A stretch of DNA of 64,000 nt, taken from IMG/VR virus record IMGVR_UViG_3300025087_000689, one strand, 5' to 3'. Under the pieces are notes generated by a model. The model was not told the DNA's origin. It saw only the letters and a program-made list of their open reading frames with translations, and searched no databases. The position numbers were made by a program, and so were the translations under genes. How positions within the stretch are numbered: position 1 is the first letter of the stretch; each line of letters starts with the position of its first letter. The stretch is from a virus (taxonomy: Duplodnaviria > Caudoviricetes). Below are positions 8,801-18,098 of this stretch, piece after piece.

Positions 8801-10333
8801 TTAAATATCTAATAACTTATAAACTTGTCTACCTTCACTATGTTCATCACATAATGTTCTTATCCATCCACCTGCTCGAAGGATACCAGGTTTACCACAC
8901 TGTTCGCAGGTTACTTCTGACTTAGCTTCGCCTTCGTTGATGATGTTATATACTATATCTATGTCTTCTTTGCTCGTACCAGCAGCAAAATCAACATAAT
9001 ATCTTAAAGAATTACCACAAAAGTAATGTTTACCTTCTCTTCTAACTAAAAGAATATTTTCTGGCACTGATACGCAATATACCATATCATCGTAATCAAT
9101 CCATTCTTCTCTATATGATTGAGATGAGTTTTCCTGATATTTTTTCTTATTCATTGTATTATGAAAGTTAGTTTTTGTCATCCAATTAATAGCATACGAT
9201 GTATGTTTACCATTAATTATAATATCTTTTCCTTTATGTGTAGAAGGTGGTATTTCTTTATATATAGTTGATGAATTGCCACACTTAATAATTAGTTCTT
9301 GAACGTTATTAATTAATGTTTTACTAGTTGAATATAGCATATTAGCTGTTTTAGCTTTATGTCCATCTCCTAAATATAATTCAGTTAAAAAATAATTTAT
9401 TAATTCAGATGTTAAATGTTTTATAAATTCTGGAACTTTTTTATTTGGTGCTAAATGACCACAATTTTCTTTAAGCCAAGTTCCTAAAATAGTATTATAT
9501 ATTCGTATAATACCACCCTTACAAAGCTTATGTTTTAATTCTAGCTTATCTAATATTGATTCTACTCTTAAAATTTCTTTTGTATTTTTGTAATTTAAAC
9601 ATAAACTAATATTATTTTTATGATAGTGACCTTCTGCTATGTACCAGCCTAGTAATTGTAAGAATGGAATGATATTATAAATTTGATGGTTATATTCGTA
9701 GGTTCTTTTTACCTTCCTATTTATAGAATCGGTATAGTTATCAGTTCTTGTGTGTCCTTCAATACGATAACATTCAATAGATTTACCAGACCATGTACTA
9801 GTTTTCTTAAATCTTTTATTTTTCTTGAAATATTTTTCTGGAACGCATAACTCAAAAGGATAATCTCTTTTAATAACATTTCCTTTAATTTTGCCATTAT
9901 AATAACTACCTTTAGCACAGTATAGATTATGATTAGGTGTTACACAAAGGTTAACTTGTTTAGTATTTAAAAAATACATTAATCCTTTGTATTTATACTG
10001 TATCATATCCGACGGAATAACAAATTTTAATTCATCTTGATTAGATAATGAAGCAACCATATCTGTTGATTTTAAATCTTTAAAAAATTTCCATCCATTG
10101 TTAGTTAAGATTTCCGTTTTCTTATCATAACAACCAAATTTTTCTTTCACTTGGACTACAGTAACCTTAGTACTTGTGGCTGTTATGCGTTCACATATCT
10201 TCTTAATAAGAGCGAACCATCCATCATCTGGAAAGCCATAGCACATTAAACTGACTTGGTTACTAACATTCTTCCCATTAGGAAATAGATTAGGAAAAGT
10301 TGTGAATAAATAATCTTCTTTTTCTTTAGTCAT
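8801..10333 (-). CDS. Small conserved phage protein (136-aa extein, QVKEKFG-SLR..CEQCG..TLC) with intein
   Basis: Removing the intein gives DDGWFALI..QVKEKFG|SLRYY..TCEQCGKPG..GWIRTLCDEH. Confidence 0.85.
   Translation of the reverse strand: MTKEKEDYLFTTFPNLFPNGKNVSNQVSLMCYGFPDDGWFALIKKICERITATSTKVTVVQVKEKFGCYDKKTEILTNNGWKFFKDLKSTDMVASLSNQDELKFVIPSDMIQYKYKGLMYFLNTKQVNLCVTPNHNLYCAKGSYYNGKIKGNVIKRDYPFELCVPEKYFKKNKRFKKTSTWSGKSIECYRIEGHTRTDNYTDSINRKVKRTYEYNHQIYNIIPFLQLLGWYIAEGHYHKNNISLCLNYKNTKEILRVESILDKLELKHKLCKGGIIRIYNTILGTWLKENCGHLAPNKKVPEFIKHLTSELINYFLTELYLGDGHKAKTANMLYSTSKTLINNVQELIIKCGNSSTIYKEIPPSTHKGKDIIINGKHTSYAINWMTKTNFHNTMNKKKYQENSSQSYREEWIDYDDMVYCVSVPENILLVRREGKHYFCGNSLRYYVDFAAGTSKEDIDIVYNIINEGEAKSEVTCEQCGKPGILRAGGWIRTLCDEHSEGRQVYKLLDI
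9011..10132 (-). mobile_element. Intein (374 aa, LAGLIDADG-type)
   Basis: CYDKKTEILT..LLGWYIAEG..ELYLGDG..YFCGN|S. Confidence 0.9.
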
Positions 10334-10691
10334 TTGAATCCTTATAAATATTTAATTCGATTAAATTTATGTTACAAAACATAAATTAAAAGTAAAATTT
10401 GGGACAATGATGACTCTTAAATCTATCTATACCCGATCTGATATCAAGTAAGGTAAAACCATCGCGAATATATCTTATTTGATATAGTCCACATAACTCA
10501 ACGTAATAATTAAATAGTAGTGGGAAATGTATACAATTCATGTTAACACATAGTTTAAAGATATGGAGTGCTTTGTAGTGTAAGCTACAGACATCACCAT
10601 CATAGTAGGGACTTTATTACAAAGTTGCAGAATGCCCATATGGTAGGTGTTCACTAGTCTAGTGGGGAACTCTCCCACGTCTCTCCAATTT

Positions 10692-10768
10692 TGGTAGCGG
10701 GGGGTGGATTCGAACCACCGACCTCGAGCTTATGAAACTCGCAAGCTACCAGACTGCTCTACCCCGCT
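10692..10768 (-). tRNA. tRNA-Met(CAU), CCA encoded
   Basis: AGCGGGG/CCCCGCT, CGAGT-TTCATAA-GCTCG; fMet-like body without the 3 G-C anticodon pairs. Confidence 0.9.
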
Positions 10769-10787
10769 ATAATTTAAATTTATTTAG

Positions 10788-10860
10788 TACCGGTTAGTTG
10801 ATTTGAACAACTGACACGCAGGATATGATTCTGCTGCTCTACCAACTGAGCTAAACCGGC
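10788..10860 (-). tRNA. tRNA with CAU anticodon (Met or Ile2), atypical anticodon loop
   Basis: GCCGGTT/AACCGGT, GCAGA-ATCATAT-CCTGC (A32, U38, mismatch at 31-39). Confidence 0.7.
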
Positions 10861-11044
10861 TTCTTTGTCGTCTTCCATTTAACTGGATCTGAATCGAAGG
10901 GATTCATACTGTGGTTTGCAGCTAGGAAACATACAGATTCACAATGCTGTGCCCACTTCTCCGCTTCGTCTCCCTCAAGCTCCAGGATCTCATCCTCTTT
11001 TTCTATAAATACTTTGATTGTTTTACTCATTTGGTTTCTTTCCA

Positions 11045-11437
11045 TCATGTTGACAGTGATTGGCGAAGTATTGTTGACCCCCACTCTCGATGACAAGTAG
11101 GACAAAAATCTAAAATTTTACAAGCAATACCATAGAACATGCTATTACCATCGTTGAGTGTACGAAACCAACCATATGTAAGAGGTTCATATTCTATTTT
11201 ATGAAACTTTCTAACGAGTTTCAACATATCTTTCTTGTATTCTTTAATGTATTGACTTGTACGATCCATACAATATTCACCGTTGGTGAAACTACATCCT
11301 GGTTTGTGATACTCATTGGGATATTTTTTGTAGAAGTTAGCCAAGGCTACTTCTCTCACCATGTGACTTTCGAATTTGTCTTGTTCTTCAAATATCTTAT
11401 TACAATGGTCACATTTGAAAGCTACTATCTGTCCCAT
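11045..11437 (-). CDS. Hypothetical Cys-containing protein
   Basis: ORF with CDHC and CPTC. Confidence 0.6.
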   Translation of the reverse strand: MGQIVAFKCDHCNKIFEEQDKFESHMVREVALANFYKKYPNEYHKPGCSFTNGEYCMDRTSQYIKEYKKDMLKLVRKFHKIEYEPLTYGWFRTLNDGNSMFYGIACKILDFCPTCHREWGSTILRQSLST

Positions 11438-11603
11438 GTTTCCTCTGACTTTTAAATTGTTCGTTCCAACGTTCTACAGCTTCTTCTTCTGTGTCTGCCA
11501 TCCATCCTACCTTGCCACAACCACAACATACTACGTAGTATTCGTTTAGTTTGGATTCTCTAATCTTTAATAAGATAGATCTACACTTGCTGCAAGGTTT
11601 CAT
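11409..11603 (-). CDS. Lar-like zinc-finger protein
   Basis: KPCSKC..CCGC..EEEAVERWN. Confidence 0.65.
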   Translation of the reverse strand: MKPCSKCRSILLKIRESKLNEYYVVCCGCGKVGWMADTEEEAVERWNEQFKSQRKHGTDSSFQM

Positions 11604-11642
11604 AATGGCTCTAGTTTTGAGAAATCCCAGCTGTAAAACTTT

Positions 11643-11718
11643 TGGCTGGCAAGATAGGACTTGAACCTATGACTTCTTGATTAACAATCAAGCGTTCTTC
11701 CAACTGAACTACTCGCCA
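11643..11718 (-). tRNA. tRNA-Asn(GUU), CCA encoded
   Basis: CTTGA-TTGTTAA-TCAAG; G73. Confidence 0.93.
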
Positions 11719-11726
11719 ATAATTTG

Positions 11727-11800
11727 TAGCCGATGAGAGAGTTGAACTCCCGGTCTTAATCGTGTAGGGATTCTGCTTTAACCAACTAAGCTAATCGGCC
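11727..11800 (-). tRNA. tRNA-Val(UAC), C33 instead of U33
   Basis: GGCCGAT/ATCGGCT, GAATC-CCTACAC-GATTA. Confidence 0.7.
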
Positions 11801-12044
11801 ATCAATTCTAAATAATAAATTGTATTCTGTGTGTTAAACTGATAACCTATCACTATGTCTTTAGCAAGTACAGGTGTCACAGACACTACAGGACTGGTAC
11901 TTACACAGCGAACACCAACACCAGTTAAGGATTCAGCTATCATTTCGAATCGGGCATCAACCCTTGGAACCTCGCTGAACTTTCCAAGTACTTCATTGGT
12001 TCTTAGGTTGCTATTAGCGGACATGATCCGCGAAAGTGTACCAA

Positions 12045-12335
12045 TCATAGTATATAACCTGCCACGTCAAGACCGTTGTTCTTTTCTATAGTCTTAACTT
12101 TTTTAATTTTGTCCTTAATTACTTTAACCTTTGCCAGATATATTTTTCTCTCGTGTCTTATCTCCGCAAGTTCTTTTATCTCATCTACGTTTTTTATTTG
12201 GTCGAACTTTAATAACTTGATCTGTTCGAGCATTTGTTTGGCAAGGTTTTTGTAACACTCTACAACACAATCATAACAGAGATGAGCTGAACTGCTATAA
12301 AATCTTCCACCGTTAGGATGCTGCCAACCTGGCAC
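12045..12335 (-). CDS. Hypothetical protein
   Basis: ORF; frame stays open ~26 codons upstream of the GTG. Confidence 0.5.
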   Translation of the reverse strand: MPGWQHPNGGRFYSSSAHLCYDCVVECYKNLAKQMLEQIKLLKFDQIKNVDEIKELAEIRHERKIYLAKVKVIKDKIKKVKTIEKNNGLDVAGYIL

Positions 12336-12445
12336 CGGTCTTACCCAGTGTCCGCTTCCATCATTTACTGCTGAGGTCCATACTTCTGCAACTGGATTAT
12401 CAAAAATCTTACCAGGTTAGGATAACCACCTATTGAAATTCCTCT

Positions 12446-12477
12446 CGAAAATTTTGGTAATTTTAGACTTTCTATAG
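12446..12477. repeat. Dispersed 32-bp intergenic motif, copy 1 (30/32 identical to 26010-26041)
   Basis: CGAAAATTTTGGTAATTTTAGACTTTCTATAG vs CGAAAATTTTGGTAATTTTTGAATTTCTATAG. Confidence 0.85.
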
Positions 12478-12482
12478 GAATT

Positions 12483-12516
12483 AAAAGTTAGTTTCTTTTT
12501 TATAGGAGAAACTAGA
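12483..12516 (-). terminator. Terminator-like hairpin after tmRNA
   Basis: TAGTTTCT..AGAAACTAA followed by CTTTT on the minus strand. Confidence 0.5.
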
Positions 12517-12533
12517 AAGAACCATTTACATTA

Positions 12534-12946
12534 TGGAGACGGTGGGTCTTGCACCCACGTCCAAGATACATCTGTCATTCAATGAATTAACTTCGTATTC
12601 AGTTTTAAGTTCTGACAAACTAGGGGCGAGCGAGTTACCGCCTGCCCTCCACCACTAGTTTTTAAGGACTAGAAACCCGTTGCACTTATTTTAAAGAGTA
12701 GCATCACACTCCGTTTTGTTACTTTATGTTGCCAGGTTGTAACCACCCCGCTTGGTCTCGGCTGTTAAGCGTAGACAGATTCAGTGACGGTTTCGACCGT
12801 GAAGTCTTCTCCGTCCATGAAACAAGCGAACTTAGAATTGTTAGATTCGTCTGTTCTGTTTTGATGGATAGTTTTAAAAGGCCAACCATCATCCTTTGAA
12901 GCCATTGAAATCCGTCAGTTACTTGTCGAAACTAAATTACGTCCCC
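12534..12946 (-). ncRNA. ssrA: tmRNA (413 nt); tag frame 12851-12765 = (A)DESNNSKFACFMDGEDFTVETVTESVYA*
   Basis: 5' GGGGACG..GTTTCGAC; 3' GTGGG-TGCAAGA-CCCAC-CGTCTCC-A; G3-U70 alanine determinant; internal ORF ends GCT TAA. Resume codon is inferred. Confidence 0.92.
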
Positions 12947-13233
12947 GGTTTTTCTTCTGGAGTAGGAGCACCAGTCATACGAGCTTGAAGTTCTTTAGTG
13001 ACTCTGTCACGCTCATCTGTTAGTGACTTGTTTAATTCTTCCTTCGTTATGAGATTTTTATCGACTATAACTTTTGATATTATATCAAAAGCAATAGTCA
13101 TTGAAAATGCTACTCGGTCGAGGGTACCAAGATAGTCTTGAATTTCTTTATGATCATGTTCAGGTTTTGCTTCTAATTTTTGAACTCTGGATAAAAGATC
13201 GTTTACCAGGTTTTCTATTACTCCATCAGCCAT
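12937..13233 (-). CDS. Hypothetical protein; last codons overlap the tmRNA 5' end
   Basis: ..CCG GGG ACG TAA supplies GGGGACG. Confidence 0.7.
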   Translation of the reverse strand: MADGVIENLVNDLLSRVQKLEAKPEHDHKEIQDYLGTLDRVAFSMTIAFDIISKVIVDKNLITKEELNKSLTDERDRVTKELQARMTGAPTPEEKPGT

Positions 13234-13709
13234 TAGTTCTCCTTGTGTTTATCTAATCTCTTTTCTATGTTTATAGTAGCATTGAGCATGTTCTCAATTC
13301 TATCAGCAGTATCATCGTTACGACGCCATATAAGCATTAATGTATCAATCTTATTAGTTACATCTCGAATTTTATCGTAGATACCTTTGGTCTTTCTACC
13401 GTCATCTAGATTTACCTGGTACTCTACTCTTCGTGTTAATTGTTTATCACTTAATTTTTCACGACCGACTTTTTCTTTGTTAGATTCATCTAATACAGCG
13501 TAATAAAATCTCTCAGATAAATCTTTTAGCGTTTCCAATTCACTTAATTCCCTTCTTCTAAGGGCTATTTTTTTAACAAGATTATTACCTTTGGATATAA
13601 TCTCTGATTGTTTTGATCTTATTAAGTCTAATGAAATATCTGGAGGTGTATCTGAAACCAATAATTTGTCGATATTATCTAAGAAACTTTTTGAATTTAT
13701 GTCTTCCAT
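13233..13709 (-). CDS. Coiled-coil hypothetical protein
   Basis: 158-aa helical ORF. Confidence 0.65.
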   Translation of the reverse strand: MEDINSKSFLDNIDKLLVSDTPPDISLDLIRSKQSEIISKGNNLVKKIALRRRELSELETLKDLSERFYYAVLDESNKEKVGREKLSDKQLTRRVEYQVNLDDGRKTKGIYDKIRDVTNKIDTLMLIWRRNDDTADRIENMLNATINIEKRLDKHKEN

Positions 13710-14040
13710 ATTATGTTCTTTCGTTCAAGTATTCTTTTTCTTTTAACTTATACATCCATCCTTATTATATTTTTATTTGATATTAGAACTCAAGATTTTA
13801 TCTTCTTCTTCAATTTTTCGCATCCTATTCCATATCTTCTTTAATTTCAACCACTTATCCATCCCGATAATTTGGATTTGTTCATCAATGTTCTTTCGTT
13901 GTCTCTCTATCATTAAAATTGTTTCAATGATTGAATACCCGAATTCTATAACATGTCCATGTTTATCACGGATATCTAGATCAGATATAGTACGTATAGA
14001 TTCTATTAATAACTCAGTAAATTCTTTTCTTAATTGATCT

Positions 14041-15735
14041 CTAGATCTTGAGACCAATTTCTTGGAAGAATCGACTGGGTTGCATATAGTTAAAACATCC
14101 AAACATTAACCTCTTCCTAGTATAAGTGAAGATAAGTTCCTTCTCTGTTCTAGTCATACCGACATAAAACAAACGTCTTTCTTCCTCAAGGTTTTCTGAA
14201 TTAATATGCGGGGTAATACCTTCTTCACATCCAATGATAATGACTTTCTTGTACTCACTTCCCTTGCAACTATGTAGCGTCATTAGATTAATGCGGGAAT
14301 TATCTCCTTCGGTAGGGACTCCACCTGTAAGGTCGAACATTGCTTCTTCAAGAGTTCTACTTTTAAGCATAGTTGTGAGTTGTTCGAGATTTCTAACTCT
14401 ATCTGCTTCCTCGATTCCGAAATAACGTGTCTTAGATAATAGTCTATGGATTGCTGTTCCAGCATCTTCTTTTCCTTCTCTTAAGTTATATATAAGAGAT
14501 ACATACTCCTGCATCTTTTCGTTGTCGATGATATCTTCGAATTTTTCTACACCTTCAAGTGCTTTCTTACCGATACCTCTCTTGGGAGAACTAATAGATC
14601 GCCGGAGTGATACCATATCCTTACTGTTAACAGCAACTCTGATATAACTTAGTACGTCCTTGATCTCCTTACGATCCAAGAACTGAATTGAATCACTAAC
14701 AGTATAGTTAACATGCACGTTTTTCAATGCCAGCTCCAACTGAGCTGACATCCAGTTGGATCTGTATAGAACACACACATCAGTGGATTTGGAACATAAG
14801 TTTGCTACATATTCAGCTTCTTCTACTGAGTCGTAGAACGATTGAACCCTAGGTATGATACCAAATTCATCTGTATATGCTGTAAGAGGTTTATCTATTC
14901 GATTTTTGTTATGAGTTATTAATTTTTTGGAGTAGTGAACCACAGACCTAGTTGATCTGAAGTTAATCGCGAGTGGTATAACATCCCCACTACTCTTTTC
15001 AATAAATTCTTTTAATAACGTAGGTTTTGCATGTCTCCATTCATAACAGCTTTGATCTAAATCAAAGACAATACATAATGTATCTTTGTCATTTTGTTTT
15101 AAATATAAATTCTTTACTACTTGTAATTGTGCAAAAGATAAATCCTGAGCTTCATCCACAAGAATATGACACCATGAAAGATTGTTACGACTGCGAGTAA
15201 CCAGATTATTAATAAGATCGGCAAAGTCTCTAGCGTTATTCTGATAAAGTTCATGTTCATACTCCAGAAAGATATCTCTGTATTTAGATGCACATGATGT
15301 AAGTGTTATCTGGTTGTCTTTTAATAATGCAATCTCATTCGAGATATCATACAGTTCGTTCTTATCTGTGATCTTTTTGTGTTTCGCAATTCTTTTAATG
15401 ATACTAAAACAATCATCTTCATCATAGATAGAGAACTCTTCACCAGCTTTCATCATTAGTCTAACTGCAAGACTATGCATGGTGCTAGCCGTAATACCCT
15501 TAACATTCATAGTAACAAGGCGTTCTTGCATTACCTTAGCTGCTTTGTTAGTAAAGGTTATAGCTAAGATCTTGCTGGGATCTATACCGGAATCAACTAG
15601 ATGTTTTATTCTTTCTACAATCACACGAGTTTTTCCAGAACCTAACTATGGGCCAGCATTAACAAATAGTAACTTACTTTTAGATTTGATAGCCTTAAGC
15701 TGATCATCTGTAAGTCCGCTAGTTGAGCTGGCCAT
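14041..15735 (-). pseudogene. uvrD: UvrD/PcrA SF1 helicase with an in-frame TAG-TTA insertion in Walker A
   Basis: GGAGG SD + ATG 15735: MASSTSGLTDDQLKAI..NAGP*LGSGKTRV; ITFTNKAA, VDEAQD, DLDQSCY, NFRST, VLYRSN, MTLHSCKGSEY, EERRLFYVGMTR. Confidence 0.85.
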
Positions 15736-15954
15736 CTGCCCTCCGTTCTCGTTCATCTGTATTATTAATAAAAAATTCTGGGTGGTTTCTTCTTGTTTCT
15801 CTTGCCATTATATGACGTTGTAGTATATGTATACCTCTACAAAATTCATCTTGATCCATTGGATGTTGAATAGGTAGTTTAACAAATTTATTATACGCAT
15901 CAGCAAGAAAATCTATAATAGTTAGTTCTTCATTTGTCATGGTAAAGACCATCG

Positions 15955-16302
15955 TTAAAGAAAAGCAATCTGGATCTCGTCTGGATCGTTCTTAACTGAA
16001 TATGTGTTAGTTCCATTAAGTTGTTTCCTTAGTTCTTCTCGTATGATTTCAAGTGCTTCTTCATTGTCATTTGATTCAAATGGAGGAACGACTGCTATAA
16101 CAAATGGATTATTTTTACAATCATCTGTGTAGTCTTTATGATCGCCGAACCACCGTTTAACTTGTATTGTATTATTTTGATGGAGATAACCCCAAAAATA
16201 TATCTTATCAGCCATTATGATCTCAAGGTTAAAGCGTGACGCTCGTATGTTGGCCAGTATTAAAGAGTAATACTCTTTTTGTTTATGTGAATGACATCCC
16301 AC
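15955..16302 (-). CDS. Hypothetical protein
   Basis: WGYLH..QVKRWF motif; true start likely MADK. Confidence 0.6.
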   Translation of the reverse strand: MGCHSHKQKEYYSLILANIRASRFNLEIIMADKIYFWGYLHQNNTIQVKRWFGDHKDYTDDCKNNPFVIAVVPPFESNDNEEALEIIREELRKQLNGTNTYSVKNDPDEIQIAFL

Positions 16303-16805
16303 TCACCAACATATTTTTGAACTCGTTTGTTCTTTCTATCACGATAGACTACAATACAGTCTCCAATTAAATGTTTAGTCATTACATATCTGTGTTCTGC
16401 TATATTTTTAACACCTGTTTTATTACGTATACTAGTCTTAGGAATTAAATGATAGATAGGATCATCCTTATAAATGGATAGATAAATATAACCGTCTTTT
16501 CCTTTATATCTACCACCTTTCCATCTTTTACTTTTTTCTTTAGTGATTTTTTCTTTACTTAAATTTTTAAAGCATTTAGTACATAAATGAGTTCTTACTC
16601 TCCATTTAGTAAAAGTTAACCATTCTGAGTTTCCACATTTATCACATACTATATATGTATATGTATGTTCATATTTAGTCTTCTTTTTTCCTATCTGCCA
16701 ATAAGATGCAATATCGCCATGTTTTGGATTTATAATAGGTTTAGTTCTTGTTCTTTGATTTATTGTATTTGCACAAGAACAACAACTGGTTCCTTTATTA
16801 ATCAT
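16260..16805 (-). CDS. Degenerate or truncated HNH homing endonuclease
   Basis: WKGGRYKGKDGYI..AEHRYVM..DVIHIN, but lacks the terminal DN..NL. Confidence 0.6.
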   Translation of the reverse strand: MINKGTSCCSCANTINQRTRTKPIINPKHGDIASYWQIGKKKTKYEHTYTYIVCDKCGNSEWLTFTKWRVRTHLCTKCFKNLSKEKITKEKSKRWKGGRYKGKDGYIYLSIYKDDPIYHLIPKTSIRNKTGVKNIAEHRYVMTKHLIGDCIVVYRDRKNKRVQKYVGEWDVIHINKKSITL

Positions 16806-16971
16806 TTTCTTTCGCCATCTATATCTATGACAGATAGAACATTCTATATATTCATAGATAGCATCTGAGGCAAAATTTAAAATTTTATTTGATGTTAAAT
16901 CACCTATTCTAGGTTCATCTTTCCCATCCCATAATTTATATTTATAACGTGATCGTGAAATATAATATCCA

Positions 16972-17583
16972 TTAAATATTAACTTTCTTATTTACAATTG
17001 CGAAAGCAGATAAAATATCTTTTCGCATTTCCATTCCTAATGAAGGAATACGTAAAACACCCGCTGGATGATATGTAGCCATAATCGAATAATTAATTTT
17101 ATTAATTGTATAAATATTTAATTTACCACGAATTCTAGATATACTAGAATTAAAATTAAAAGCACTGGCTGCAGAACCACCCATTAATAGTATTATTTTT
17201 GGTTTTAATTCTTCAATATCTGATAGAAGATATTTGAAACAATGTGTTAGCTCTTCTTTTGTTGGAGGTCTATCTGTAACTCTGTTATCTATTAATTCAG
17301 TAGGACGACAACGTATAATATTAGTTAAACAGATACTATATTCTTTTTTGTTTTCTTGTCTAATATCTCTAAGAATATTACGTAATAGTTGACCTGCTTT
17401 TCCTATCCAAGGTTTATGATCTCGTTCTTCCTGCCACCCAGCACCTTGGCCAACTGCCATAAAATCTATCTCGACGGTTCTAGCCTCATTGTAGTAGATT
17501 GAGGAGGGTAGCTGGCAACATGTCTTAAAGTGAGGACACTCCTTGGTGGAGCAAGTCACTGGTCGGTGATAAGTCTCGCCCAT
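16972..17583 (-). CDS. Uracil-DNA glycosylase family 4
   Basis: VGQGAG..E..P.IGKAGQLL, TNIIRCRP, ATYHPA. Confidence 0.9.
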   Translation of the reverse strand: MGETYHRPVTCSTKECPHFKTCCQLPSSIYYNEARTVEIDFMAVGQGAGWQEERDHKPWIGKAGQLLRNILRDIRQENKKEYSICLTNIIRCRPTELIDNRVTDRPPTKEELTHCFKYLLSDIEELKPKIILLMGGSAASAFNFNSSISRIRGKLNIYTINKINYSIMATYHPAGVLRIPSLGMEMRKDILSAFAIVNKKVNI

Positions 17584-17905
17584 TTGAATTTGAGTTCCTC
17601 ATAATTTGTTGGAAGTCGGCCAATGACATAGTAACTAACGTTTCTTTTGTTTTGATCCTCGTAGCCAATAGAGGAATTTTGCCAAGTAACTCTGCTTCTC
17701 GTCGGATCTTGTGATAGGTAGCATTATTGATAGAAAAACTAGTAGTAGAACGATACTTACACTCGACCATAAAAGTAATACTGGTAATGTCACCATTACC
17801 TTTGACAGCTCCAGAGCCATTAGAAATCTTAGCTCGTCCATCGACATCCTCCAGTACTACTCGAACGTCTTCTTGTAATAGTTCCCAGTCTAATAACTTA
17901 GGCAT
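17525..17905 (-). CDS. PD-(D/E)xK Holliday junction resolvase-like nuclease
   Basis: SNGSGA..GD..VECK. Confidence 0.75.
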   Translation of the reverse strand: MPKLLDWELLQEDVRVVLEDVDGRAKISNGSGAVKGNGDITSITFMVECKYRSTTSFSINNATYHKIRREAELLGKIPLLATRIKTKETLVTMSLADFQQIMRNSNSNGRDLSPTSDLLHQGVSSL

Positions 17906-18098
17906 GTTTCCTCATCTTACTTCCTCTTATGTTCCAACGTTCAATAACACTAGCTTTAATCCTACCCCAATGAGTAAAGGGATTAATATAGCAACGAATG
18001 TTATCACAGTTAATTTTATACCACATGCCATCTTTTATAAGAGTTGCTCGTTCTTTGCAGAATGGACAAGGTTTAATCTTAGGTTGTTTCTTCAACAT
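17898..18098 (-). CDS. Lar-like zinc-finger protein
   Basis: KPCPFC..C..C..ERWN. Confidence 0.7.
   Translation of the reverse strand: MLKKQPKIKPCPFCKERATLIKDGMWYKINCDNIRCYINPFTHWGRIKASVIERWNIRGSKMRKHA

Noticed and set aside
10380-10680. Possible ncRNA between the intein gene and tRNA-Met
   Set aside because: Looks like a degenerate coding fragment; no convincing stems
15646-15648. TAG stop-codon reassignment (code 15) to explain the UvrD stop
   Set aside because: Many genes end in TAG (e.g. NUDIX, intron HNH, UvrD), long genes are not peppered with TAG, and the extra Leu codon would remain
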